Shown here in pieces: positions 25,401 to 36,106 of a DNA stretch of 58,202 nt; position 1 is the stretch's first letter, and the number at the start of each line of letters is the position of its first letter. The position numbers and the translations under genes are program-made. The stretch comes from Emiliania huxleyi CCMP1516 (lineage: Eukaryota): the NCBI RefSeq assembly GCF_000372725.1, contig NW_005201392.1, positions 252,521-310,722 of the forward strand, given 5' to 3'. The notes below the pieces were generated by a model, which searched no databases, had not been told where the DNA came from, and was given only the letters and a program-made list of their open reading frames with translations.

Positions 25401-26308
25401 CTCGGGCCGGCACCGCCGCTGCCGCTGCCGCTGGCGCCACCGCTGCTGCCAGCGCCGCTGCTGCCAGCGCCGCCGCGTCTGCCCGCACCGCCGCTCACGC
25501 CACCGCTACCGCTGCCGCTCGCGCCACCACTACAGCTGCTGGCTGCGCCGCTGCTACTGCCCGCGCCGCCGCCACCGCCGCCGCTCTCCTCCTCCTCCTC
25601 CGAATTTGTCTCGAGGACGACCACTTGTATCCGCTTGCCAGCCGCACTCTCGTTGCCGGTCGAGGCGCGCAGCCGCACGGCGGGTGGCGCGCCTGCAATC
25701 CCCGCCGCCGCGGGTTTGCGCTTGATGCCGGATTGCCCCTTGACGTGGTGAAAGACAAGGCCATGGGCGGGCTGCGCGCGGGGGGCGCCCTCCTCCTCAT
25801 CGCTCTCCGAGTCCGCCGCCGAGGCGGGCGGGCCGGCGGGGGCGGCGGGCGGGGCGTCGGGCGCCGCCGAGGCCGAATCGTCTGCGCGCTTGTTCCCGCA
25901 CACCTCGCACTGCAGGAACATCATGTTCGTGTTGACGAGTGTGCAGAAAGAACACGTCCATGACTGAGTCGCCGGCGCCGCAACGTGCATGGGGTCTGCC
26001 GCGAGCATCGGGTCTTCCGCGAGCGTTGGGTCTGCCGCGGGCGCTGGAGCCAGCCCGGGCGCCGGCGCCATCGCGGGCGCCGGAGCCATCGCGGGCGGCG
26101 AGGCCGGCGCGGGCGCCGAGGCCAGCGCGGGCGCCGGATCCATATAGGCTTGGGCGCCGTAGCTGGCTCCACCCACTGGTGAGTCGGTGCTTGCGCCATC
26201 GCCCTCTTCACCGTGCGCCGCTGTCATCTCGCCGTCCTCGCCGTCGTCGGAGATGCTCCCAGGGGAGAAGGCGCCCGAGCTGCTGTCGTCGCTCTCAAAC
26301 CCCTGCAT
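22469..26308 (-). CDS. Intronless multidomain protein: RanBP2 zinc finger, tentative GNAT-like and Tudor-like regions, divergent C5-cytosine DNA methyltransferase domain and PHD finger
   Basis: Uninterrupted ORF of about 1280 aa. It contains WTCSFCTLVN..CEVC; MTase-like motifs in canonical order (FEAFCGES, GLDND, HFGIECDTFS, TIENP, FCLFDDFAPHKLSALWGN, RYPDGFCRAV); and LIMCDGCPRAFHRECE..FLCDLC. Confidence 0.75.
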   Translation of the reverse strand: MQGFESDDSSSGAFSPGSISDDGEDGEMTAAHGEEGDGASTDSPVGGASYGAQAYMDPAPALASAPAPASPPAMAPAPAMAPAPGLAPAPAADPTLAEDPMLAADPMHVAAPATQSWTCSFCTLVNTNMMFLQCEVCGNKRADDSASAAPDAPPAAPAGPPASAADSESDEEEGAPRAQPAHGLVFHHVKGQSGIKRKPAAAGIAGAPPAVRLRASTGNESAAGKRIQVVVLETNSEEEEESGGGGGGAGSSSGAASSCSGGASGSGSGGVSGGAGRRGGAGSSGAGSSGGASGSGSGGAGPSSDLAPIELRRLEAIEENRRYQLELFGPDPLGLRQKRTRGAPRGAGSSSRAPSRASPQGTRSSVQAALAAVQEEPSQLKFALLSARGLYQELSGALLGDESSGGLRAALACEAQGERLRSLLSEPGKGGEYMVVALFLDMTPLGCAVFRDERGQGEGARCVGVALLAVDGALEEASAAKVGAALLGYVAMVAARRHIPKICLRDDAAPAALSEEIGASESPWIAFTEDGDGSSLSVYQELGSGRVATAVTQHTSFLQKLVARAQNAIREEGGASSGGSDGGSGAGGGGGARSARGGGRSPAPGLPQLGELIAVWEDQDTVQSVNCSQHFLARVVDHQTSLDTRSRTQKEYASQAPRGGGEAERVDVELHWVGGTDDGKPMTHKASTLEQITPRAAADKEMSLLCGYAFDTHGSMICGDVHTWCRFAVAVGGAGWEEQLEEENLCILEPPELLSGWELVAVNKLHATPELLMRRALKAPDQRAYQPSAAGGGGGSDSEPDAARLDAIVDASEREAAVAAADMADAAAALAGAAPTTNCRRGNGKGKAAAAAATTGAGGGGEELLFFEAFCGESPMASILRDENKDFKVKGLDNDRKKVWPHWDAKEGGQKRQRAGKPVGSDDGGQFGCNGERRESGIRFQCGCNKLHEDELIELDFHKLPLDHTKLDQLLGSRRVVWAHFGIECDTFSTLSKSKHQRLASNFFMGTSQEACEANRNVHHMLAICYFLRRRYPHILITIENPWADLVSHPLMLSIAQLPVTLGGLGLVCMPMTFCLFDDFAPHKLSALWGNSHELYLDMWDPFKKKWRKRCSQDGCHCADLKKHMQVRNGIRGNSSVRNTDRYPDGFCRAVHMPMKTDIQQGLKIDDRCDCCPVPYFANADGHYAHCCATLKPGREPSESDAWDGRRRCPLGPDGKPRTGDLIMCDGCPRAFHRECEPPRSRWSDEGFLCDLCAPVGFQALYPKSSARGSEIVCRECSD

Positions 26309-26457
26309 GGACACTGTGTGAGGGGATCCAGGGTAGAGTGCCCGGCTCTCGCGTCTCGCTCTCGCAGACGCTCCCCGCCAAGGGGCGAGTCATTTCTTTT
26401 TTGCCCTTTTATTTTTGCCGTTGCTGTCCTCGGTTTAGTGTTTTGTTTTTCTCTGCT

Positions 26458-29400
26458 ATGGTGAGAGGGCTCGACGCCCTCTTCGGCCGGTCTGCCGAGC
26501 CGCGGCCGCCGCCGCGTGCTCCTTCGCCGCACGAGGCCCAGGCCGCCGTGTACACTTCCGCTCCCGCGGCCTCCGCCGCCTCCGCTGTCTCCGCTTCTAC
26601 CTCCACCGCACCGTTGCCGCGGATCGACGCAGCGGAGGCGCAGTACTGGGAGTACCCCGAGGCGGGCACGGGGAGCGAGTTCCGCTCGTACCAGCACGTG
26701 ATGACGCGCGAGGCGCTCGCCGCAAACACGCTGGTCTCGCTCCCAACAGGCTTTGGCAAGACGTTTGTCGCCGCCGCCGTGATGCGCAACTTCCTGCGCT
26801 GGTTCCCGGACGGGCTGGTCGTCTTCATGGCGCCGACGCGGCCGCTGGTCCACCAGCAGCGCGACGCGTGCGCCAAGGCGGACCTTCCCGCGGATGGCGA
26901 GGCCGCTCTGCTGACGGGAGATCTTCCTCCGTCGGAGCGTCGCGCGCTGTGGAGCACGGGGCACGGGAGCGAGGGGTGGAGGAGGGAGGGACGACACGGG
27001 TGGGCGGGCGGCGCGGACGCACCCGCCGCCGCGCGCCGCCTCTTCTTTTGCACGCCGCAGACCTTTGAGAATGATTTGCGGCAATCCCTTCGTAGATGCG
27101 GGAATGCGGATCTTTGTCTCCCGACTAGCACTCGAGAGGACTAGCGCAGTCCCTTCAGCCCGCTGTCGTCCGCTGTGCTCGCTCTACTCGCAGGCCTCGT
27201 AGCGCGGTGCGAGTACACCGCGCGAGACCGCCTTCACGGCCCGACTCTCTTGTGCTCCCGCCTCAGGCTTGGCGTGGCAGACGGGCGGCGGGTTGTCTGC
27301 GTGGTGATGGACGAGGCACACCACCCTAGAAGCGGAATGCGTGTTCATGTATCCCAACTGGCACTCGAGAGGACGCGGATTCAGCCGTACTCGGCCGTAT
27401 TCCACTGTATTCGCTGTACTCTTCTCCGTTGTATTCACGCGGTGCTCTGAAGACGCTGCACAATACCGTCTTCCCGCCCTCATGTCGGCGTATTCAGCAC
27501 GTAGGCACACCACGCCGCCTCAGCCGGCTACGCGTACGCCAAGGTCGCCGAGCTGCTGCGTTGCGCCGGCGCCTCGTGCCGCATCCTTGCCCTCTCCGCC
27601 ACGGCGGGGGCAGACCTCGGCGAGACCCAGCCGAGACCAAGCCGAGATCATGGGGAGATCTAGCCGAGACCCAGCCGAGATCTTGGGGAGATCTAGCCGA
27701 GACCCAGCCGAGGTCAAGCCGAGGTCTACGGCAGAGGCGCCGCTCACCGCCGTGGGCGTGAACAGGCGCCGTCCAGCGCGTCGTCCGCACGCTCCGCATC
27801 TGCAGGTGCGTGGTTAATTCACTCTCCGTTCACTCTGAATCCCCCCTTTTTCTTCCTCGCACGCTCCGCATCTCTGCAGCCTCGAGGCGCGCGCCGAGGG
27901 GGACGCCGACCTGCTCGCCCACACGCACTGTCGCGCGGTCCGCGTCGTGCGCGTCGCGGCGACGCGGAGCTCGGCGGCGGCGGCGGCGGCGGCGGGCCGC
28001 GCTGGCGGCGCGGAGGCGCCGTTCGAGCGGGTGGCGCTCTCCCTTCCGGAGCGGTGTCTGATGCCCTGTTTGCCCCGTGGAGCAGGCGCTGCTGCGGTCG
28101 CTGCTGCTGCCGCCGGCGGAGGAGGCGGCGGCGAGGCTGCGAGGCGCCCACGCGCTCGACGCTGACCCGTCGTGCGAAATCGACGCCTCCGCCCTCTGCC
28201 GCGCGCGCGCGAGGCTCGAGCGGGTGGCGGCAGAGGAGGGGCGGGCGGGCGGGCGGGAGGGCGGTTCTGGCGACACGCGGCTTGCGCACTTGTTTGGGTG
28301 GGGCCGGCCGGCGCAGTGCGCAGAGAAGCTGCTGGCAGACCTCGCCCTCCTCGCCGCGGTGAGGAGGGGCGTGGCGCTGCTGAGCGAGATGCGCCGCGGA
28401 GGCGGGGGCGGCGGAGGGGAGGGCGGCTGGGAAGGCGGTGGCTGGGAAGGCGGTGGCGGGGAGTGGGGCGGCGGAGGGGAGGGCGGCTGGGGCGGCTGGG
28501 GCGAGGAAGGAGGCGAGGGCGGCAGGGGCGGCTGGGGCGGCGACGGCCCAGCCGGGAGTCGCGTGGAGCTGCTGCGAACCACTTTCCGCGCGGCCGTGGC
28601 GGCAGGGTACCCCCCGCCCCTCGCCCGCGCGGGCGTCGCGCTCGCTTGCTCGTCGGACACGACGGTCTCCGAGGCGGTGCGGCTGATGCCCAAGTGGCGC
28701 GAGCTGACCGCCCTCCTCTCGCGCCACGCCGCCGAGCAGCCGCACTCGCGCGCAATAGTCTTTGTCGGCCGCCGCGACACCGTCTCTGCCCTCTGCGCCG
28801 TGCTAAGCGACGGAGGCGGCGGCGGCGGCGGAGGCGGCGGGTCTGCAGACTTGCTGCGCGTCTCCCCTTTCGTGGGACAGGCGAGGGCGTCGCACAGCGA
28901 CGGCGCGGGTGCAGCCGGCATGCCGCAGGCGGAGCAGCAGCGCGTGCTCGCAGCCTTCCGCGCGGGCGCGATCAACGTCCTCATCGCCACGAGCGTTGCG
29001 GAGGAGGGCCTCGACATTGGTCAGGTCGACCTCATCGTCTGCCTCGACGCCGTCGCCTCGCCGATCCGCCTCGTGCAGCGCTTTGGCCGCACGGGCGCCT
29101 GCTACAGTCGAGATCCCGCCGAGATCCCGCCGAGATCCCGCCGAGATAGGGCGGCGAGGGCCATGGGCGGCGAGGGCCATGTTCAGAGCACAGCACAGCC
29201 GCATCCCTCCGGCTCTGTGCACGGCTCGAGCCGACGTGCTCACCGCGGCAGCGCGTGTCAAGCTGTCGACATGCTCACCGTGGTAGCGCGTGTGAACAGG
29301 CCGAACGCGGGACGGCGCAGGATGGTGTGAACAGCGTCTCTTCACACCTCTAGCTGTGAACAGGCCGCAAGCGGGACGGCGCGTGCGTCCTGCTGCTGAC

Positions 29401-30601
29401 AGAGGCCGAGGAGCGACAGTACGAGGAGACGCAGCGGCAGGCGGCCCGGCTGCAGGCCGCTGTGGACATCGGGCGGGGCATCGACCTCTGCGCCGTCGAT
29501 CCGGCCCCGCTCTCCGCCGAGGACGTGCGCAACTTGCGTTGCCGCTTCACGCGGGCGCCGGCCCCGCACGCGAACCCATCGCTGCCGGCGAACGCTTCGC
29601 TGGCGAATCTCTCGCTGCCTCGGGGGACGGTGGGTCGTGAGCGCGCGGGCGGCGGCGTGCGCGGGGGCGGGGGAGGCGGAGGCGGCGTGGGCGGAGGTGG
29701 AGGCGGCGGAGGAGGCGGCCGTGCAGGGCGGCGGTGTGCGCGTGGCAGAGGGGGGGGAGGCGGCGGGGCGGCAGGCCCGGCGCTCTCGGACGTGGACTCC
29801 TCGGAGGGGGAGGAGGCGGAGGCGGGGGAGGAGGCGGGGGAGGGGGAGGGGGAGGGGGAGGGGTCGTGGGGCCGCGGGGCAATCCGCCCCGCGTGGGCAG
29901 AGAGAGGCGCGCCGCCGACGCCGCGTCTCGCTGCCGCCGGCCACTCGCCAGAGAGGGGCGGTGAGAGGGGTGGTGCCCGCACTCTGCCGGCGCCTCGCGG
30001 CGGCAGCCGAGCCACCCGCGAGGGAGCGCGGTGCGCAGCCGCTGTGGCGCCCTCGGACGACGACGATGACTTTGCCGCGGCCGGCGCGGCTGCCTTCCCG
30101 TGCGGCGGAGCTTGCGGTGGCGGCGACGGAGGCGACTCTGCCGATGCGGACTTCACCGGCGGCGCTCCGCATAGCGACAGCGACGGCGGCGGCGGTGTCT
30201 TCGCCCAGCCGTCTCTCGCTCGGAGCCGCGCGTCGGCGCAGCCCGCGGGACACTTGCTCTGGGGACCTCCGGCGCACGCGCACACGAGCCATTGCGGCGC
30301 CCCTCCGGGTTGGCCGCTCCATGGAAGCGGGCGCGGCGGCCCGGCGGTGCCGGCCAAGCGGGCCCGCGTCGGCGAGGGCGCCGGGGGGTGCGACGAGGGC
30401 ACCGGGGGGTGCGACGACGGGAAGGAGAACGGGCCGGCTGCCGGCTCGCCGGTCAAGGTGGGCACGGACGCCGCCGCCGCCTGGGAGCTGAGCCCGTTTG
30501 CGGCGAGGGCCCGGGCGGGAGGGGCAGGCGGCGTGCGTGGCACGCCGCCTGGAGTGGTGGCGCCGCGCCCTCGCCTCCGTCCCTTCGGTTCGTGTATGTG
30601 A
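26458..30601 (+). CDS. FANCM: FANCM/Mph1/Fml1 family DEAH DNA helicase/translocase, multi-exon
   Basis: FRSYQ, NTLVSLPTGFGKTFVAA, FMAPTRPLVHQQ, FCTPQTFENDL, VMDEAHH, ILALSATAG and LIATSVAEEGLDIGQVDLIVCLDAVASPIRLVQRFGRTG. Confidence 0.92.
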
Positions 30602-31080
30602 TAGGTCGCAGCGGACGTGGTCTTTTCCGCGGGGGGGGGGGGCTATCTGTTCCCTCCGCTTTCATTCTATCGCTCCTAGCGTACTTAACGAGAACACAAG
30701 ACACAACCCCCTCTCCCTTTTCTCCCAGTAAGCTAAAAGTAGTAGTACTTAACTCGAGCCTCCAAGGCTTGGTGATACGAGGATTCGCAGGGCAGCGCCA
30801 GGCGCGGGGGCCCGCGGGGCCCCAGCTATAGTCTACCCCAGCGCCCAGCGCCAGCGGCGTGATATACTCTCAATAGACCGTAAAAAAACTCGGACCCACG
30901 TAGACAACAAGGAGCGCGCGCGGCGCGCGCGGCGCGCGCCAAAGGCCGCCTCCGTGACACTCCCATCACCTGGGCCGGCGCGGGAGTTTTAACGAGTTTC
31001 TCCCGCCACTCGACGCCCCGCGCGCCCGCGGCCGCCTCTCGCCTGCTTGCGATGCCCTCGCCGGCCGCCGCCGCCCGCGC

Positions 31081-31250
31081 TCCAGCCTAACCAGCTTTCT
31101 GCTCCAGCCTAACCAGCTCTGTGCTCCAGCCCAACCAGCTCTGTGCTCAAGCCTAACCAGCTCTGTGCCCCAGCCTAACAGCTCTCCAGCCTAACCCCCT
31201 AACCAGACAGTGCTCCACCAGCTCTGTGCTACAGCTAACCAGGCAGCTCT
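31081..31250. repeat. About 22-bp tandem repeat (CCAGCCTAACCAGCTCTGTGCT)n, about 7 degenerate copies
   Basis: Directly visible. Confidence 0.85.
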
Positions 31251-32250
31251 GCATCTCGCAACACACACATGACAGGGACAGACCAGGCGCAGGAAAAGGG
31301 AGCGGGGCCCGAATCCAAGGGACCACCCCGTCGGGCGGAGGAGCTGTGAACTCAGGACCAGTAGGAAGGCTGCTGGCTCCTGGAGCGGCCGCACATTGCT
31401 CGGTACCCCCCCTGCACTTCTAAGCCCGTCCCTGCTGCTAGGGGTTGGGGGTCTGACCCCCCCCGCAGCAGAGCTCTGCTGCTGCTCGGGGGGTCCCCGG
31501 ACACCCCCAGCAGCAGAGCTTTGCTGCTGTGGGGGGGGGGGTCCGGACCCCCCCAGCTAGCAGCAGAGCGCACTGGACCCAGCTCCCGCCCCTTCGTCGC
31601 CGCCGCCCCCCTGGCTGGTCCATCGCGAACCCACTATGATTATCGGAAGCTCTCCTCCAACAGCAGAGATGTGGGTGTCTTCCGACAAATCAAGCAGCCC
31701 GACCGCCGCGAAGCGGGATGATAGCGAGAGGTGTACTCCGCGAGGTTGAGCGCTGCACGCGGTACTCGGCGGTGTCGCAGCGTCGAGCAACACTCGGTGT
31801 CAGAGCGTCGCGCCAAATCAGTAGTCTCATCGCCGAGTGATTGCTGGCCTGTGGCGTATGACCTCGCGCGGATATCACCAACAACGAGCATGCGAAGATA
31901 GGGAACCATGTCTGATGGACTTGTACCGCCCGCTGTGCTCTCCGCTGTGCCACAGCTGCGAGAGCCGTATCTTCCCTCCTTGAAGCAGAGGCGCCGCGAG
32001 GCACGCGAGGCGTAGAAGAGAGGCTGGCGTGCCCCGCACCGCCCGGCTGGCAGTAGGAGGGCCCGCCGGTGAGACCACTGATTTTGGTGCCGACCATAAA
32101 TTCTCGCCATTTGGAACGCATGCTACTTAAAGTACAGCTGCTGTCTGTACAGAGATGCCAGCACCCCCCACAGGCAGAGCTCTGCTGCTAGGACGAGATT
32201 ATAGTTTCACGAGCGTTTTTTCGCCAACCCGCAAGGCTGCAACCACGATC

Positions 32251-33849
32251 TCACACCACGCGGACGTGCCACCAGCGCTCGGCTGGCGTGCGGCAATACG
32301 GGCACGCTCGCAGCCGAGCGGAGCAGGGGCCGCAGACACACTGGTGGCCACACGGCACAGCGACGTGCGACTTCGGCCTAGTGAAGCACACGATACACGT
32401 AGTCTGGCCACCGATGGTGGACTCAGGAGCGTCTCGACGGCCGGTGTCGAAGCTAGCGTCCGCCAGCGAGAGGACCTCAGGCGGCGGTGCCGAGGGGGTG
32501 GAGCGGCCGGCATGCCCCGCCCCCGCCTCGCCAACCGCCTCCTCGGCCTCCGCCACGGCCGGCTTCGGTGCCGTCTGCTGCCCCTCTTCCTCCCTCCCGT
32601 GGTCTACCGCCGATGCTTGCTCCGCCGCCGCCGCCTCGCTCACTCCATCGGCTGGATCACTGAGCGGCTCCCTCACCTGCCAGCCCGACGCCTTAGCTGT
32701 CGACGTCTGCGGCAGATGCTGGACGGTCACCGAGTCGGGTGAACCGTCAGTATGCTGCCCCTCTCCCTCCCTCCCGTCTGCCTCTGCTTGCTCCGCCGCC
32801 GCCGCCGCGGCCGCCGCGGCCGCCGCCGCCGCCCTCTCTTCAGCCCGCCTCCTAGCCCGCTCCCGGAATGCTCTCTCCGCTGGCCGCTGCCCCCTCTGCC
32901 TCCTGTGTGCTCGGCTCGCCCGGTGGCGCCACGCGCGCCAGCCAGCGACGACCGCCACGAGCAGCAGCGCCAGAATCACGGCGACGGCGCTGTTCGAGGC
33001 GTTGGGACGGCCGGCGGGGCTCTCTGCTCCCGCCCCCTCCGGCCGAACCTGCCGCCCTTGCTGTTGCAGGACCTCCCGCACCCTCTGTTGTGCTGACAAC
33101 AGGTCCCCTCCGGGGACAGAGAGCACTTGTTTCACCGGGTGCCCTTGCGCTGGTAACAGATTCTGCTGCCTCAGGAACTCCCGCGCCCTCTCTTGTGCCG
33201 AGCCACCCAGTATGTGCTGGATCCACGGCTTGTCGAGGTCCAGACGGCTAAGCGGGTCCGGACCACTCAATGGGGGGGATGCGTGCTTGTCTAGCCGTCG
33301 CTGCTCGCCCATGAGGCCTTGCGACGTCATGGAGCCGGCTGGCTGCGGCTCGTCTAGCCGTCGCTGCACGTCTGAGACGGCCTTTTGCATCGCTGACCAC
33401 TGAGCCACCCAGCCTCGATTGGTGCCAGGCGGCAGCTCGGCTGGAAACGGCCAGCGGGCACCGGAGCGGAGTAGAATAGCGACTACCTCTCCTGCGGCCG
33501 CACTCTGGCTGAGGGAGAGTGTGAGGGCGGCGCTCATGAGAGCGGTGCTGCCGCTGGCGTCAGTCAAGTGCACGTCGGCACCAAGCTCGAGCAGAAGTCT
33601 CACCAATGGCGGATCCGCATAGTAGGCGGCCGACATCAGCAGCGTGGGCTCGTCTTTGTCGTCAGGGTCCCGGGCGTCGGGAGAAACATCACTTCGCTCG
33701 AGCAGCTTTCGAAGTACGAAGGCGCGGCTCAGACGCTCACCGGGACTGTCGCCGGCAGCGCTGCTAGCCAACAATCTGAAGATCTCTCGCACAGCGTTCA
33801 TTCCCGACAGATCGCGAGTAGCCAGGCTCGGGGCCGGCACCACTGGCAT
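32251..33849 (-). CDS. Ankyrin-repeat, single-TM, C3HC4 RING E3 ubiquitin ligase (intronless; start could be 33849 or about 33801)
   Basis: PTLLMSAAYYADPPLVRLLLELGAD and STALMSAA ankyrins, AVAVILALLLVAVVAGW TM helix, and C-terminal CIVCFTRPKSHVAVPCGHQCVCGPCSARLRACPYCR. Confidence 0.88.
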   Translation of the reverse strand: MPVVPAPSLATRDLSGMNAVREIFRLLASSAAGDSPGERLSRAFVLRKLLERSDVSPDARDPDDKDEPTLLMSAAYYADPPLVRLLLELGADVHLTDASGSTALMSAALTLSLSQSAAAGEVVAILLRSGARWPFPAELPPGTNRGWVAQWSAMQKAVSDVQRRLDEPQPAGSMTSQGLMGEQRRLDKHASPPLSGPDPLSRLDLDKPWIQHILGGSAQERAREFLRQQNLLPAQGHPVKQVLSVPGGDLLSAQQRVREVLQQQGRQVRPEGAGAESPAGRPNASNSAVAVILALLLVAVVAGWRAWRHRASRAHRRQRGQRPAERAFRERARRRAEERAAAAAAAAAAAAAEQAEADGREGEGQHTDGSPDSVTVQHLPQTSTAKASGWQVREPLSDPADGVSEAAAAEQASAVDHGREEEGQQTAPKPAVAEAEEAVGEAGAGHAGRSTPSAPPPEVLSLADASFDTGRRDAPESTIGGQTTCIVCFTRPKSHVAVPCGHQCVCGPCSARLRACPYCRTPAERWWHVRVV

Positions 33850-34982
33850 GGCTGAAGCCGGCGTGCTTTGCCCTCGGAGGGAACGTGCATATATGCGATA
33901 ATGGGCTACATCCCCCCGTTGGCCGCCGTTTTTGCGCCTGCTGGTTTCCCTCATAAAATTCTTTTTCGTAATACTGCTGCTCCCCCTCGCGGGCACACGA
34001 TGCGGGGATTGGAGCGCTGGTTGCCGTCGGATTGGAGCGCTGGTTGATACTGACTGACGTACCTAGGTGGGCGTTCCGCCGGTCGACGGACCGTCCCCGC
34101 GGTGCTTCGTGGTCGCCGCCTGCGGCATCATCGCCGCCCAGGCATCGCTAGCAGGGGCGTTCCGATGTGTTGCGATGTGTTACGACTCGCTCTCCAGCGG
34201 GGGGGGGGGGGGGGTCGGCCATGGGCTTAGGTGTGCAGGGGGGGTACCTTACCATTCCACCACCTCACACACACCCCTCTCCTAGGGCTAAAGCAGTGCG
34301 CGAGCCCACCCGACTTCAGGCGAGGCGTCGACCACTCCTTTGGAATAGTTCCGTCAGTGGCTGCCTCAAGCTCAGTGGATCCGTCAGTGGCGATTGCTGA
34401 GCATGAGAAGGATCGATCCGGATTAGAAGGCGCCCGCCGCAGGCGAAGAAAATTTGGGGGCAGCGCCGTATCGTTGATCACGGTGGGAGCCTCTTGGAGC
34501 CCCAGGCCGTGCCACGGCAGACTTAGCCCGCATAACGGAGGCTGCCGCCGATCTTAGACCGCGTAAGCACCCCAGCGTGCCAGGGCACACTTAGACCCGC
34601 TAAGCCTCGAGGCTCAGAACTTAGACTACTACCCAACCCCAGTTGCACTTGTCGCCCATAGATGGCGCGCGGCGCGGGCGGATGACTAACTAGGGGAGAA
34701 AAAGCGGAGATCCTAGCTCGCTGGGAGACGTGCGCAACCTAAAGTTGGGAATAGGGGAGAAGTGTCAGTGTGAGGGAAGGGCGTAGGCTGGCGTTTTTGC
34801 CTTTGAAAACTGAACAGTTTTTTTTCTATAGACTGTGTGTACGGCTTTTCCTTCAATCCTTCATGCAGTATCCAGTAAAATGGAGCCCTGTATTTGGGCC
34901 GCTAGCTAGCCGTTGCGCGTCGGGAATAATGACTACTGTGCGAGAGCCCCCCTGTAGTGTCGGGACGAATGCTGCCTCCCGG

Positions 34983-35460
34983 TCAAGACGAGAAGCGCGG
35001 CTCGACCTCGATCACGGTCCAAACCACGTGGTCGCTCTCCATCCGGTGGGTGCGCCCCGTCGGCGACAGGAAGGTCAGGGGCGGGTAGCAAATCTCGGCC
35101 TCGCTGGGGAAGCAGGAGACAAAGGAGAGGTCGGCACCTACGCCTCGGGCAGGTCCGGTGTGAGCTGCTTGGCAAGCCCTCGGGTCGAGCCGAGGGCGGG
35201 CAAGGCGCGCCACGGTCGAGGAAGGAGTCGGTATGCAGCTTGAGGAGCAGCGCGTGGTGCTGCTGCGCCTCGCGCGCGAGGGCGTAGCGCACCGCGACCG
35301 AGAAAGAGGTTGTGGCAGACATGGGCGCCACCTCGGTGCCGCCGCTCGCCTGGAACGAGGCGTCAAAGGCGAGGCCAGACATGCCTCGCCACAAGTCCAT
35401 CGGCTCGTGCGCGCTCGAAGTGCTCGCCGCCACCCGGATGCCGTCCGAGAAGGTCGCAGC
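34983..35460 (-). pseudogene. R-S-E type mono-ADP-ribosyltransferase domain, 5'-truncated
   Basis: LWRGM, GGTEVAPMSATT and LHTDSFLDRG, then an intron (about 35141-35210), then ADLSFVSCFPSEAEICYPPLTFL. No convincing N-terminal region upstream. Confidence 0.75.
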
Positions 35461-35527
35461 GCACGTCGCCGCAGGTCGGCACGCGGGGGCCCATTTTTCC
35501 GTGACCCGCCTCGGAGCTTGCCCTCAG

Positions 35528-36106
35528 GCGCAGTACATCAACCGCATCGGCCGCACCGGCCGCGCCGGCAAGGCGGGCGGCGGATACCTGCTGCTCGCGG
35601 AGGAGGAGGCGCCCTTCCTCCGCCTCGTTGCGGACCTGCCGATCAGCAGCCGGCCGGCGGCGACCGCCGCCGACGCGGCTGCGGCCGGGCAGGCGATTGG
35701 CGCGGCGCTCGCGCAGGTGCCCGCCGGCACAAAGCAGTCTTCGTACAGCGCGTGGCTCGGCTTCTACAACACCTTCAGCAAGCGGCTCGGCTGGTCCAAG
35801 GAGGAGCTGGTCCGTCGCGCCAACGTGTTCGCTTCGACGGTGCTGCAGCTCGACTCGCCGCCCGCCCTCGAGGCGAAGACGGTCGGGAAGATGGGACTGA
35901 AGGGCGTGCGCGGGCTCATCATCGGAGGCGGAGGGGGCGGCGGCGGCGGCGGCGGCGGCGGCGGAGGCGGCGGAGGCGGCGGCGGTGGCGGAGGCCCGCG
36001 CAAGACGATCGACAAGCGTGGCGGCAAGGGCGGAGGAAAGGGCGGAGGAAAGGGCGGGTGGATGAAGGGCGGCAAGGGTGGTGGCAAGGGCAAGGGGCGG
36101 AGGTGA
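35528..36106 (+). pseudogene. C-terminal exon of an Mss116-like DEAD-box RNA helicase; upstream exons absent
   Basis: QYINRIGRTGRAGKAG (motif VI with H>N), SYSAWLGFYN, LEAKTVGKMGL and a G/K-rich tail, preceded by acceptor ctcag. Motifs I-V are not found upstream. Confidence 0.8.

Noticed and set aside
34067..34142. Orphan exon-like segment (VGVPPVDGPSPRCFVVAACGIIAAQ)
   Set aside because: No assignable gene or family.
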